Shown: positions 7,898-17,905, counted from the stretch's first letter. The stretch: DNA of 64,000 nucleotides from Spirochaetota bacterium (GCA_027858855.1 JAQIBV010000039.1:84990-148989), one strand, 5' to 3'. Notes: generated from the letters alone by a model not told the origin. Numbers and translations are program-made.

Positions 7898-9206
7898 TAG
7901 AAACATAGATAGCATCAAACGCATTGTAGTTTGCAATACAGATGCTAGAAATTTTTATCCAATATCCCAAACCAGACCGGTTTGGGATATTCTGTGTGGT
8001 CATATGCATTTGTGGCAGCGAATAGCTGCTATTGCTGATCGCGATTGTCCAAATGCAGAAATAATTTATTTATGTCCGGAAAACATGATTGAGCTTTTCC
8101 GTGAAAAATATCCTGATCTGCAAATTGAAGTGGGTGTCACTGAATCGATCGATACACTTTTTATTAATCCTTTTTTAACCTGCTTTAGTTTAATTTTTAA
8201 ATTTGAAACTAATACGGTTCTTACTTTTCAGGGAACTTTTCTTGCTGCAATCATCACAAAAGATTATTCTTCTAATTTCTCAGAGAATTTAGATAATTTA
8301 AAAACTTTAAAAACGCTTGGAAATGAAAATATTAACATAAATAGCATTGAAACAGAAGAGTGCAGTGTGCCCCGTTTCATCTGGGATATAGTTGCAAAAA
8401 ATGGAGACTATTTAAATAGTGATTTTGAATTTCGCTGCCCAGTTGAAAATGTTCATGATACAGTTAAAGTGAATTATCATCTTCTTGGATCTTCTGATAG
8501 ATGTATCATTGAACCAGATGTTACCATTGATCCCTTTACGGTGATCGACACCCGTTCTGGAACGGTTTATATTTCCGAAGGTACGCATATTCACTCCTTT
8601 ACACGTATTGAGGGTCCAGCTTTCATAGGCCGTAATGTCACGATACTGGGAGCTAAAGTTCGTGAAGGTTGCTCAATAGGGGAGTCTTGTCGTGTCGGAG
8701 GAGAGGTCGAAGATTCAATCTTTCACTCATTTTCTAATAAATATCATGATGGATTTATCGGGCATGCCTATATCGGTGAGTATGTCAATCTTGGGGCCCT
8801 TACTACTAACAGTGACCTAAAGAATGACTATTCTTTTGTTTCAGTCTATAATAACAATAGTTCTGTGAATACCGGGCTGATCAAAGTTGGTTGTTATATT
8901 GGTGATCACACTAAAATGAGCATTGGTTCATTAATCAATACCGGCACCCATATCGGTTGCTGTTCTATGTCGGTTCACTCAGGTAGAATGACACCTAAAT
9001 ATATTCCTTCATTCTCAGTTTTTATTAAAAATTCGTTAAGACAAATTAAAGATATTTCAGAATTAATCTATTCAATAAAAAAAATCATGAAACGTCGTAA
9101 CAAAGAGATGTCGTCACTGTTCGAAAAATATATTGTAAATCTTTATGAAGAAACTGCACAAAAGAGAGATGGTGAAATAGAAGTATGGAACAAAACATTG
9201 AGATAA
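7884..9206 (+). CDS. putative sugar nucleotidyltransferase with C-terminal left-handed beta-helix (GlmU-like)
   Basis: N-terminus IVVCNTDARNFYPISQTRPVWDI is nucleotidyltransferase-like. Hexapeptide repeats include IGRNVTILGAKVREGCSIGESCRVGGEVEDS and VGCYIGDHTKMSIGSLINTGTHIG. The TTG start overlaps the EF-G paralogue by 14 nt. Confidence 0.6.
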   Translation: MQKSDRNIDSIKRIVVCNTDARNFYPISQTRPVWDILCGHMHLWQRIAAIADRDCPNAEIIYLCPENMIELFREKYPDLQIEVGVTESIDTLFINPFLTCFSLIFKFETNTVLTFQGTFLAAIITKDYSSNFSENLDNLKTLKTLGNENININSIETEECSVPRFIWDIVAKNGDYLNSDFEFRCPVENVHDTVKVNYHLLGSSDRCIIEPDVTIDPFTVIDTRSGTVYISEGTHIHSFTRIEGPAFIGRNVTILGAKVREGCSIGESCRVGGEVEDSIFHSFSNKYHDGFIGHAYIGEYVNLGALTTNSDLKNDYSFVSVYNNNSSVNTGLIKVGCYIGDHTKMSIGSLINTGTHIGCCSMSVHSGRMTPKYIPSFSVFIKNSLRQIKDISELIYSIKKIMKRRNKEMSSLFEKYIVNLYEETAQKRDGEIEVWNKTLR

Positions 9207-10147
9207 AATTTCACTACATTTTTATTATTGCACTTGTAATTCACATCTTTCTCATTTCGTTTATTACTTTGCCCTACTATTTTAGCAGCTATACTACTGA
9301 TAGCTATATTGAGGATATTTTTAGCGATCTGATCGATGATACAGGTATGCGTGATGTCATTGTTAATATTAATCCTGACAATATCGAAATCGAAACAAAG
9401 GAGACTCTTTTCTCAGATGTAACCTCGAGTGCAAAGGGGCATGTTACTGAAAAAAGAGGAGACAACTGGATGAATAATTCATTGCAGTTCAACCAGAAAC
9501 AGAAGCAGGCTCGGAACCTTTCAAGAGCTTCAGCTTCACAGACAGCAACTCCGGTTTTACAAAGTAACACTCGCTCCAACTTTGTTGTATCCTTTTACAA
9601 TGATGATAAATTCATTGAACAGGATACAACACCAGAAAAAAAGCCAATAGAAGATAAAAAAAAGAAATCTGAAATTGTTAAAAAAGCTAACTCAGGAAGT
9701 GATTCTGCCTCCAGTGAAGGTGTCGATTGGAGTGCTATTCCTGATCGCAAAGGAGTTACTCTTGAAAATGCCCTCTATTACAATAATTCAGACTACTTCT
9801 CCTTTAACACTAAAAAGTTTGCTAACTTTGAATATTTCCGTAAGATGAAGCAAAAGATAGCGGGTAACTGGCATCCACCTGTTATGGCAAATTCTTTAAC
9901 TACAGGATACACTCCTGGACGTGTTCGTGTGAAAATCATGGATAGTGAAGAGATTAAAACATACTTTATTTTAAATCGTAACGGTGATGTGCAAAAAGTT
10001 GTCTTACTGGATACAAGGGGAAACAAATCGCTGCATGAGTCCTGTGTTGATGCTATAAAGCATTCCAAAAATTTTGGTCCGGTACCCGACGAGATAAAGG
10101 GCGAGGTTATCGTTATTCCCTTTATCTTCGGATACTATGTTAGGTAA
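9185..10147 (+). CDS. membrane-anchored protein with TonB/TolA-like C-terminal domain
   Basis: N-terminal TM IFIIALVIHIFLISFITLPYYF, a charged and Ser-rich linker, and a C-terminus ...GDVQKVVLLDTRGNKSLHESCVDAIKHSKNFGPVP that resembles the TonB_C fold. Overlaps the upstream gene by 22 nt. Confidence 0.5.
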   Translation: MEQNIEIKFHYIFIIALVIHIFLISFITLPYYFSSYTTDSYIEDIFSDLIDDTGMRDVIVNINPDNIEIETKETLFSDVTSSAKGHVTEKRGDNWMNNSLQFNQKQKQARNLSRASASQTATPVLQSNTRSNFVVSFYNDDKFIEQDTTPEKKPIEDKKKKSEIVKKANSGSDSASSEGVDWSAIPDRKGVTLENALYYNNSDYFSFNTKKFANFEYFRKMKQKIAGNWHPPVMANSLTTGYTPGRVRVKIMDSEEIKTYFILNRNGDVQKVVLLDTRGNKSLHESCVDAIKHSKNFGPVPDEIKGEVIVIPFIFGYYVR

Positions 10148-10149
10148 CT

Positions 10150-12486
10150 CTATTTTTCATTTATGATATCCTTAAGAGTCTGTTTTCCTAGAATTGATCT
10201 GAATGATTCAGATATCTTCTTAAATTTACTTCCAAGATTCTTTTTAACAGGGTCACTTTGGGCAGCTGTTGTTTCAAAAGTAAAATTATGAATTATTGCG
10301 ACGATATCCGAAATGATGATATTTGACGATGCAGTGGCAGGTGTATAAACATTATCTGTCATCAATAATAGTTGTTTCTCTTTAAAAAGGTCGATATAAA
10401 AATCTGTTTCTGTTATATTATTTCCACATAATTTCAAAATTTCCTGATGATCAGTTCCACCTTTCCCTGATTCGAACTTATTGTAAATCAGATATAGAAT
10501 ACGAACACCGTTGATAACTTGTATGTAATCACGAATAGCAATCTTACGTTTCAGGTTTTTGTAAGTTGTCGGATACATTAATGTGTATGCAACTTCAGCA
10601 CCAAAAAGCACAATATTATTGGACGCGTAAATAAGAAGAAGTAGAAGCGGAAATGCCGCAAGGGCTCCATATATAGCGAAAGTACCGTTTGCAAAGCTTT
10701 TTACGTAGATAATAAACAGGTAGATGAAAGCTACCCATACAGAACCTGTAAACGATGCTCCAAGTGCTGCTGCACGAAAAGGTATTCGCGTATTTGGCAT
10801 AACAAGATACATTAAAAGGAAAAGCAGCCATATTACCGCAAACGGAGCCACGAAGTTAAGAATATAAAGTAATATACTCTTACCCTGATCACCATTCCAG
10901 TTAAATCCATGGTCATCAGTATAAAGAATCATTCCGGTTTTACCTGCCAGAATTATCCGATTAGAAGTTGTAATCATTGAATTAATTTTTTTACTGCTTT
11001 TTAGGAGTGTTTGCCAGGTAACACCATCATCATCGGTATAGATCAATTTACCTTTTTGAGTGCCGACATAATAGTTAGTTTTATTCTCTATTATAACTGC
11101 CGAATAGTGGTCATCTCTGAACTTGCGGGTCGTGAAGGTTTTACCACGGTTTTCAGACTTTAAAATAAGACCTTCATCACCGGCGATTATTATGAAATTT
11201 CCAAACATATCTACGGAATTAAGCGAGAGATAGTTGTTTTGAGAACGAGCCTTGTTCAACTGTTTTGCAATCCAGCTATTCCCATTATCAAAACTTTCAA
11301 GAATGTATCCGTCATTTCCAACTATAATTCCATAACTACCTACAAATTCAATATCATGCAGGTTAACATTAACTTCAGGTATTTCAATCAGATTCCACGA
11401 TAGACAGCCATCATCAGTTCGCAGCAGTGTTCCCTGATCGGATAGGATAATACCACTTAGATCATCAAACATATGTATTTTTCGTAGATTGAAAAAAGAG
11501 AACTTGTCAAGTTTCCAGCTAATACCTTTATTATCTGAACGTAAAATTATTCCGTTATTTCCAATGACAATCAACTGTGACGAGGTAATTACAATATCAT
11601 TAAATGTACTATTTTCAAATTGGATTTCATTCATTAAATTAGTATTATCCGCAACAAAGTCACCGACTTCTTCATGGTATGAGTAAATTCTCTGATTTTC
11701 AAAATCTATTGAACTTATCGGAATTGGTGTCAATTCTCCAAGAGGGGTACTCCTGTATCCGATTGTGGCCTTTGATCCGGCTACCCAGAATTTATTGTCG
11801 TATTTGTAAATTACATTGTAATCAGGTTCTGTAAAAGAGGCTGAAAGTTGTGTCGCAAGAGTTGCTCCTGCAAAAAGCATAAGTGGCCCCAGAGTCAAAG
11901 CAGACCAGTAATAGATAAATTTCACAAAAATGGGGCGTGATTTTTTTATTTTCCAGATACTGTTTAAAGACTTTTCGGTAGTTCGAAGCACAGCCGTGGC
12001 TGTAAAAATTAGAACGATGGCTCCGACACCTCCTATACTTTTTGCATTATCCAGAAGCCCGGAAATGGCGTCGAGTATTGGGGTAATATTAAGCCGTTGA
12101 AGATTGTATTCTGCCAGAAAACGGGTAATCTGATCGAAGATCTCCTCTTTTTGTGCTCCGACACCTTTAAAGATAGAAATGAATGTCAATACGACTGTTA
12201 AGGTTGGAATCAAAGAAATGAGTGTTGTATAGGTAATAGCCGTTGCCTTGGTAAGACAGTCGTCCTCCATAAATTTCCTGCCAGAGGCGATAAAAACTTT
12301 TATGGTACTGATGATTGAACGACTTACCCGACCATAGGTAATATCAGTTAGATACTCCTCATCAGTAGCATTTTTAAAGAAGGTCACTATCAGTGTTTTT
12401 ATTTTTTGATAACGAGTAAGTTTTTTTTTCTTTTTTTCCTTACCCTTTATGCGGGCACTCTTTTTAGCAGATACACTTTTTTTCAT
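10150..12486 (-). CDS. YihY/BrkB-family membrane protein with an inserted six-blade Asp-box (BNR-like) beta-propeller
   Basis: The YihY N-half (ATAITYTTLISLIPTLTV..., SLNSIWKIKKSRP) and C-half (...YGALAAFPLLLLLIYASNNIVLFGAEVAY) are separated by about 330 aa. That insert carries six motifs: SDNKGISW, TDDGCLSW, FDNGNSW, SENRGKTF, TDDDGVTW and TDDHGFNW. Confidence 0.7.
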   Translation of the reverse strand: MKKSVSAKKSARIKGKEKKKKKLTRYQKIKTLIVTFFKNATDEEYLTDITYGRVSRSIISTIKVFIASGRKFMEDDCLTKATAITYTTLISLIPTLTVVLTFISIFKGVGAQKEEIFDQITRFLAEYNLQRLNITPILDAISGLLDNAKSIGGVGAIVLIFTATAVLRTTEKSLNSIWKIKKSRPIFVKFIYYWSALTLGPLMLFAGATLATQLSASFTEPDYNVIYKYDNKFWVAGSKATIGYRSTPLGELTPIPISSIDFENQRIYSYHEEVGDFVADNTNLMNEIQFENSTFNDIVITSSQLIVIGNNGIILRSDNKGISWKLDKFSFFNLRKIHMFDDLSGIILSDQGTLLRTDDGCLSWNLIEIPEVNVNLHDIEFVGSYGIIVGNDGYILESFDNGNSWIAKQLNKARSQNNYLSLNSVDMFGNFIIIAGDEGLILKSENRGKTFTTRKFRDDHYSAVIIENKTNYYVGTQKGKLIYTDDDGVTWQTLLKSSKKINSMITTSNRIILAGKTGMILYTDDHGFNWNGDQGKSILLYILNFVAPFAVIWLLFLLMYLVMPNTRIPFRAAALGASFTGSVWVAFIYLFIIYVKSFANGTFAIYGALAAFPLLLLLIYASNNIVLFGAEVAYTLMYPTTYKNLKRKIAIRDYIQVINGVRILYLIYNKFESGKGGTDHQEILKLCGNNITETDFYIDLFKEKQLLLMTDNVYTPATASSNIIISDIVAIIHNFTFETTAAQSDPVKKNLGSKFKKISESFRSILGKQTLKDIINEK

Positions 12487-12498
12487 TATTAACCTCTG

Positions 12499-13176
12499 TT
12501 ACAGGGGACGACCTTCAGCATTATGGATAGTATATGTGATTGAATCGAAATGTTCAATTAAATATTCAGTATCGTAAACCCAACCACCGCAAACAGGCTG
12601 AGAGCTATAGAGTGAGGCAAAATGACTCTCTTCGGTATAGTCAACCTGAGCATCATCAATGTTTATAACCGTAAACCCCCGGTCTGAGGCATCACGGGCA
12701 GAGGTTTCGACACATTGGCTTGTTGCAAGACCGGTAAAAACAAGAGTATGAATGCCATCGTCATCAAGTTTTTTCTGTATATCAGTAGAATTGAATGGAG
12801 AGAAGGTCTTTTTATTGAAAACCCGCTCTCTACTTTCAGGTCTTAACTCTTCAATAATATCTGCCATTGGATCATTACAAAGCGGATAAAGATTGCTATA
12901 CGAGTTATGCTCAGCCTCATCATGGGCAGTTTTAAAAAAACGGTGTAAATCGCTACGATCCTCTTTTTGTCCACATATCCGTAAATAGTAGACCGGTTTT
13001 TTTAGCTGGTGGAAAAAAGCAATCAATTTCCTGATGTTTGGTATAACAGTCTGTTGGGAACGAGTATTTAGGTAATCCATTGAACCAGGATATTTCTCAT
13101 GATAATACTCAAAAAAGGATGAGTTCTCTTTCAAATAATAGTTTTGCATATCAACGACGACAAGGGCAGTTATCAT
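12499..13176 (-). CDS. isochorismatase-family cysteine hydrolase
   Basis: ALVVVDMQNYY... and ...LVFTGLATSQCVETSARDA (catalytic Cys motif). Confidence 0.85.
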   Translation of the reverse strand: MITALVVVDMQNYYLKENSSFFEYYHEKYPGSMDYLNTRSQQTVIPNIRKLIAFFHQLKKPVYYLRICGQKEDRSDLHRFFKTAHDEAEHNSYSNLYPLCNDPMADIIEELRPESRERVFNKKTFSPFNSTDIQKKLDDDGIHTLVFTGLATSQCVETSARDASDRGFTVINIDDAQVDYTEESHFASLYSSQPVCGGWVYDTEYLIEHFDSITYTIHNAEGRPL

Positions 13177-13203
13177 ATAGGTTCCTGTGTTGGTTTTTTT
13201 AAT

Positions 13204-13773
13204 TTACATATTAAGCATGTATTTTTCGAGATACTCTTTCAAATCATCTATATTCTGTTGAAGCATGATCTTAAACTCATCCGGAATATCCTGATCCATT
13301 ACTACCTGATAGTAGTTCAGGGCATCCTTCACCCGACGCCGCTTTATATATTCGTTAGCTTTTTCAAGAAGAGTCTTGTATTTATAAAATGTATTCGCTA
13401 TTACATTGCTCTCTTTTGACAAAGAGCTTATTTCAGGCAGTTTATCAAACTTATAACTTACGTGTAAAATTGGAAGCTCTTTTTTAACACGGTGCTTATT
13501 ACGCTCGGTAAACTGGTTGTAAAATTCCTCATCTCTGGAATCAATTGCCGATGGTTTAGCAAAAAGTTTTGAAAGGTCAAAATCATCGGAAAAATCTTTT
13601 GAATTATCCGTTCCGCGAATTTCATATTCCTTCTCTTCATTTTTTGCACTATCAGCAAGAATCTTTTCAAGAATTTCATCCTCTGAAGGTTCATCATATT
13701 TAGGTCCGTTTATATACTCCTCAAGAGTTTCAAAGTCATCTTTTTTAGCGTCTTCTTTCTCATCTGCTGACAA
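13204..13773 (-). CDS. acidic C-terminal part of a split coiled-coil protein (continues from 13845..15647 via a -1 frame change)
   Basis: This frame stays open upstream of the ORF-track TTG start as far as 14115. There it meets the upstream ORF at an A-run (see findings). Confidence 0.5.
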   Translation of the reverse strand: MSADEKEDAKKDDFETLEEYINGPKYDEPSEDEILEKILADSAKNEEKEYEIRGTDNSKDFSDDFDLSKLFAKPSAIDSRDEEFYNQFTERNKHRVKKELPILHVSYKFDKLPEISSLSKESNVIANTFYKYKTLLEKANEYIKRRRVKDALNYYQVVMDQDIPDEFKIMLQQNIDDLKEYLEKYMLNM

Positions 13774-13844
13774 TTGCAGATTAGTATCCTGTGTAGTGAC
13801 CGAATCCGCAGTTGAGTCCTCTCCGGATGTTTTTTTAGAGAAGT

Positions 13845-15647
13845 CTACAGAACTTCCGGATGAAATGGCAGGCTTCGCCTCTTCAGTCGAGTCTTCAGGT
13901 TGATGAGAATCTGCTGGATCTGAAGTCTGGTTCGTATCAGTAGAGGAGGGTGGTGTCGGGCTGCTGGAACCGGCTGATTCTGTGGGAAAAGCAGGTTTAG
14001 TCTGTTGACTACCCGCGAGTTCATTTTTAAGTACACCAAGTTGTGAAGGAATATCTCGAGTTTTTGATGAGAGAGCTGATCCGTTGACGCCGAGAGTTGA
14101 TTTTTTATCAATGTCTCAATCTTTCTTTCGACATCATCAGATAGTCGGGCATTTTGTGCTAATTGCTCAACCTCCTTGACAATTCTCTCCATCTGTTCCC
14201 TGTCAAGTGACTTTGAAAGTGACTGATTTTCAAATCTGCTTATGCGATCCTTAAGCTCATGTAATGCGGCCGACTCATCACTGTGCGAGCGAAGTTCTTC
14301 CATCTGTTGCTGCATATCCTCGATCTGGGATCGCAACTGCTCGTTTTCACGGGAGGAACTTTCACTCGTTGCAGAAAACTGTTCACTTTCTAAACGTGCG
14401 ACCTTGCTTCTCAATTCAAGCAACTCAAGTTCATGTGCCTTCATGGCTTTTTGTGACTCGATTGACGAGGCCGCTGACTCTGTTACGGGAATTTCGGGCA
14501 TGCTTTGAGGGTTGTTTTTGATAGTGAGTTCATTTGAGACTGAGTCAACTTTTAGCTTGAGTGCTTCTAGTTCATTATGCTCAGGCATCTCTGTTATTTT
14601 TACATTCTGATCAGCAGGCTCAGGAAGCTTTGTTACCTCAATCTTCTGCCCTTCGTCGGTAGTGGCCTCCGGCACAACAGACGCACTATCGGACGTTTCT
14701 GCCGACAAGTCGTTGTGATTCGCGACAGGAGCAAAACTATTTGAGGCAGCTGATAGCGCTTTACGCTGATCATCCCGTAGAGAGCGGATCTCTTGTTTTA
14801 ATAATTCAATTTCGTTTGACTGTTTCTCAGGTAATGGAGCCTTTGACAGCCCCTCTTTTATGGATTTTATCTCCTCTATTTCATGTCGTAGTCTCTCTTC
14901 ACGAACCCGGTGTGACTCCTCTTTCAGGTCATGCAGAGATTTAAGTTCACCCTTAAGCTGTTGAAGCTCATTCTTGTATTGAATTATCTCTTCAATTTTT
15001 TCTGAACTCTCTTGAAGTGCCGGGTTAAGGCGGGAGATCTGTTCACTGATAGTATCAATAACAGTATCCATGTTAAAATCGGCATTCATGGAGGTTGGAG
15101 TAATGTCTATTTTAATGTTTTGCGGTGAGTAGTCTTTGCCCCCCAGAGAGAGCTTAATTTCATTTTCATCAGAGTCCGCATCCCTGAATCTTTTTTCTTT
15201 TTCACGAGTGGCAGCAATCTGTTGATAGTTATTGAGATAATCGATGTTCTCATTTATCTTTTCCCGAATTTCCGGGTTACTTATTCTTTGATTAAGTCCT
15301 TCATAAAGATCAAGCGCTGTAGAAAAATCACCGTTGTTAGTATAGTATTCCGCATTATCAAGCGTACCTTTGTATATCGAGAAGGGAGACTCTTCGGGAA
15401 TTATTCTGGTTGAATCATATGGTAGATCAAAGTCCGAGTCAATTTTAGTTATGTCATCAAGACGATTTTCTTTTTTATTCCTATCCTGATATTCAGTTTC
15501 TGTATCTTCTGGGAAAGGTTCATCAGTAATCGGTGAGTGATCAGGTCTTGATTCAGGTATACTCTTATTCGAAGAAGATCGACCGAAGAGAATCCAGAGT
15601 GGTATCAGAAAAATAGCCAGCATTGTAAAAATAAGAAATATATTCAT
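13845..15647 (-). CDS. membrane-anchored TPR-like/coiled-coil protein (zero-frame product)
   Basis: N-terminal TM MNIFLIFTMLAIFLIPLWILF, a TPR-like segment AEYYTNNGDFSTALDLYEGL, then long heptad-like E/K/L/Q-rich sequence. The last 85 codons have an atypical composition, consistent with out-of-frame reading. Confidence 0.6.
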   Translation of the reverse strand: MNIFLIFTMLAIFLIPLWILFGRSSSNKSIPESRPDHSPITDEPFPEDTETEYQDRNKKENRLDDITKIDSDFDLPYDSTRIIPEESPFSIYKGTLDNAEYYTNNGDFSTALDLYEGLNQRISNPEIREKINENIDYLNNYQQIAATREKEKRFRDADSDENEIKLSLGGKDYSPQNIKIDITPTSMNADFNMDTVIDTISEQISRLNPALQESSEKIEEIIQYKNELQQLKGELKSLHDLKEESHRVREERLRHEIEEIKSIKEGLSKAPLPEKQSNEIELLKQEIRSLRDDQRKALSAASNSFAPVANHNDLSAETSDSASVVPEATTDEGQKIEVTKLPEPADQNVKITEMPEHNELEALKLKVDSVSNELTIKNNPQSMPEIPVTESAASSIESQKAMKAHELELLELRSKVARLESEQFSATSESSSRENEQLRSQIEDMQQQMEELRSHSDESAALHELKDRISRFENQSLSKSLDREQMERIVKEVEQLAQNARLSDDVERKIETLIKNQLSASTDQLSHQKLEIFLHNLVYLKMNSRVVNRLNLLFPQNQPVPAARHHPPLLIRTRLQIQQILINLKTRLKRRSLPFHPEVL

Positions 15648-15724
15648 ACGCTTTATGGTAACCCTTAATTATTAAGTCCTTGTCAGCACTGGTCAGTGCA
15701 ATCAGCAGGAATTTCTGTAAATAA

Positions 15725-17875
15725 TTACAAATCGCCTGCAATAAAGATCAGAGAAGATTGCTTGCGTATTCGGTAGCTGTTATCACTGATTCTTTCAGAT
15801 ACACCTTCTTCATAAAAACTGTGATCCGAGTTAGCCGTATCGCAAACTAATCGCCATTGTGAACCTGATGGTGATTGCGGAAGCTCTATTTTATAGTTAA
15901 AGAGTGAAGCGTTAAATACAAGATAGATATCCGTATCCCTCACTTTATTTTCGGATATTGCGGCGGCACCATTGAGCATACATGCAATAAATTTAGAAGA
16001 ATCTGACCAATCAGGTGAAAAGGGGTGTACACCATGCCAACTAATCTCAGAATTACCATCCTGCGGGTTCTTATTATTTGCGAAATGGCGTTTTCGAAGT
16101 ATCGGGTGTTTTTTTCGAAAAGATATCAATGATTTGATAAAAATAAATAGAGGCTTATTTCGTTCAAGAAGACTCCAGTCAACCCATGAAATTTCATTAT
16201 CCTGGCAGTAGGCGTTGTTATTACCCTTTTGTGTTCGCCTGAATTCATCACCAGCTGTGACCATCGGAACACCCTGAGAAATCATCAGTGTCAGCATAAA
16301 GTTTTTTATCTGTTTCTGCCGTATAGATTCAATAAACGGAGTAGTCTGTTCGCCTTCAATTCCATAATTATATGATAAATTCTGATTTTCACCATCTCTG
16401 TTGTTTTCACCATTACTATAATTATGCTTTCGAGAATAGCTTACCAGATCATTTAATGTAAAACCATCATGACTGGTTATAAAGTTAATACTGTGCAGAG
16501 GAGAACGGTTATTATGCCGATACAAATCAGAACTGCCACTGATTCGTGTTGCAAAAGCTCCTGTGCTTTTATCATCACCACGCCAGAATCTTCTGACATC
16601 ATCTCTGAAACGACCATTCCATTCTGCCCAGCGTCCTGGAAATTTTCCAACCTGATACGCTCCGGCCGCATCCCAGGCTTCTGCAATAATCCTGGTATTA
16701 CGCAAGATAGGGTCTGACTCAATACGCTCGATCAGAGGAGGGTTACTAAGTATTGCTCCGTCCTGTGAACGGCCCAGAATTGAAGCCAGATCAAAACGAA
16801 ATCCGTCTACATGCATTTCAATGACCCAGTAGCGTAAACAATCTAGTATAAAGTCACGTACCAGAGGATGATTGCAGTTAAAGGTATTACCGCAACCTGA
16901 AAAGTTTTTATAATGGGCACGGTCACTTTCAAGGATGTAGTAGACTATATTGTCGATTCCACGAAAAGAGAGTGTCGGCCCCCGGTGATCACCTTCGGCT
17001 GTGTGGTTAAATACAACATCAAGAATAATCTCTATTCCCGCATTATGAAAATCGCGGATCATCTCCTTAAACTCGTAAATTTGAGCTCCATTATTGCCGG
17101 ATGAAGAATAGTGAGAGCAGGGGGCAAAAAACGAAATTGTACTGTACCCCCAGTAATTTTTAAGTATCTCTTTGGTCTGAGGATTTTGCCTGAAATTTTC
17201 ATCCATATCAAACTCATGAACAGGTAACAACTCTATTGCGGTTACACCCAGCTCTTTAAGGTAGGGTATTTTTTCTACAAGGCCTTTGTAGGTACCTGGT
17301 GAGGAGCATTCGGATGATTCATGGAAAGTAAAACCTTTCACATGCGCCTCATAAATGATCATTTCATGCATGGGGGTTTTAAGAGGACGATCGAACCAGT
17401 CAAATTCATGATTGACTACAATACTCTTGGGCGCTACCGGCCCGCTATCCTTTGTTGAGAATATATCAGTATCGTGCAGGGGGTCATATCCACGCGCATC
17501 ATCTATATTCCAGAATGAATTCTGAGAAATTGAACGGGCATAAGGGTCCAGAAGAAGTTTGTGCCGGTTAAAACGGTGTCCCTCTTCTGGGAAATAGGGG
17601 CCATCGACACGATATCCATACAATTGCCCCTCTCGAATACCTTCGATCCAGATATGCCAGATATCACCAGTCTTATTTTGCAATGAATCGAATTCAAACT
17701 CTTCAAAAGATGATTCGGGGTCATTGCTTTCATACAGAACAAGAGTTACAGTTTCAGCATGTCTGCTGAAAATCGAAAACTGTGTACCGTTAGCATCAAG
17801 AGTCGCTCCATAGGGAAGAGGGTATCCGGGTAGTGTAACCCTGCTGTTTTTTAATTTCACAAAAATTATCCTCAA
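15725..17875 (-). CDS. glgX: glycogen debranching enzyme
   Basis: GH13 motifs DVVFNHT, GFRFDLAS, EAWD and NFITSHDGFTLNDLVSY. N-terminal CBM48-like region. Confidence 0.93.
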   Translation of the reverse strand: MRIIFVKLKNSRVTLPGYPLPYGATLDANGTQFSIFSRHAETVTLVLYESNDPESSFEEFEFDSLQNKTGDIWHIWIEGIREGQLYGYRVDGPYFPEEGHRFNRHKLLLDPYARSISQNSFWNIDDARGYDPLHDTDIFSTKDSGPVAPKSIVVNHEFDWFDRPLKTPMHEMIIYEAHVKGFTFHESSECSSPGTYKGLVEKIPYLKELGVTAIELLPVHEFDMDENFRQNPQTKEILKNYWGYSTISFFAPCSHYSSSGNNGAQIYEFKEMIRDFHNAGIEIILDVVFNHTAEGDHRGPTLSFRGIDNIVYYILESDRAHYKNFSGCGNTFNCNHPLVRDFILDCLRYWVIEMHVDGFRFDLASILGRSQDGAILSNPPLIERIESDPILRNTRIIAEAWDAAGAYQVGKFPGRWAEWNGRFRDDVRRFWRGDDKSTGAFATRISGSSDLYRHNNRSPLHSINFITSHDGFTLNDLVSYSRKHNYSNGENNRDGENQNLSYNYGIEGEQTTPFIESIRQKQIKNFMLTLMISQGVPMVTAGDEFRRTQKGNNNAYCQDNEISWVDWSLLERNKPLFIFIKSLISFRKKHPILRKRHFANNKNPQDGNSEISWHGVHPFSPDWSDSSKFIACMLNGAAAISENKVRDTDIYLVFNASLFNYKIELPQSPSGSQWRLVCDTANSDHSFYEEGVSERISDNSYRIRKQSSLIFIAGDL

Positions 17876-17905
17876 TAAATATGTTACTGTAGATCAACCG
17901 TATAG

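Noticed and set aside
12421-12437. T9-C-T7 tract (A7-G-A9 on the coding strand) near the 5' end of the YihY-propeller gene as a phase-variation switch.
   Set aside because: It encodes a plausible Lys-rich N-terminus (KEKKKKKL) in frame. Poly-A runs are expected in an AT-rich genome, and there is no evidence of length heterogeneity from a single sequence.
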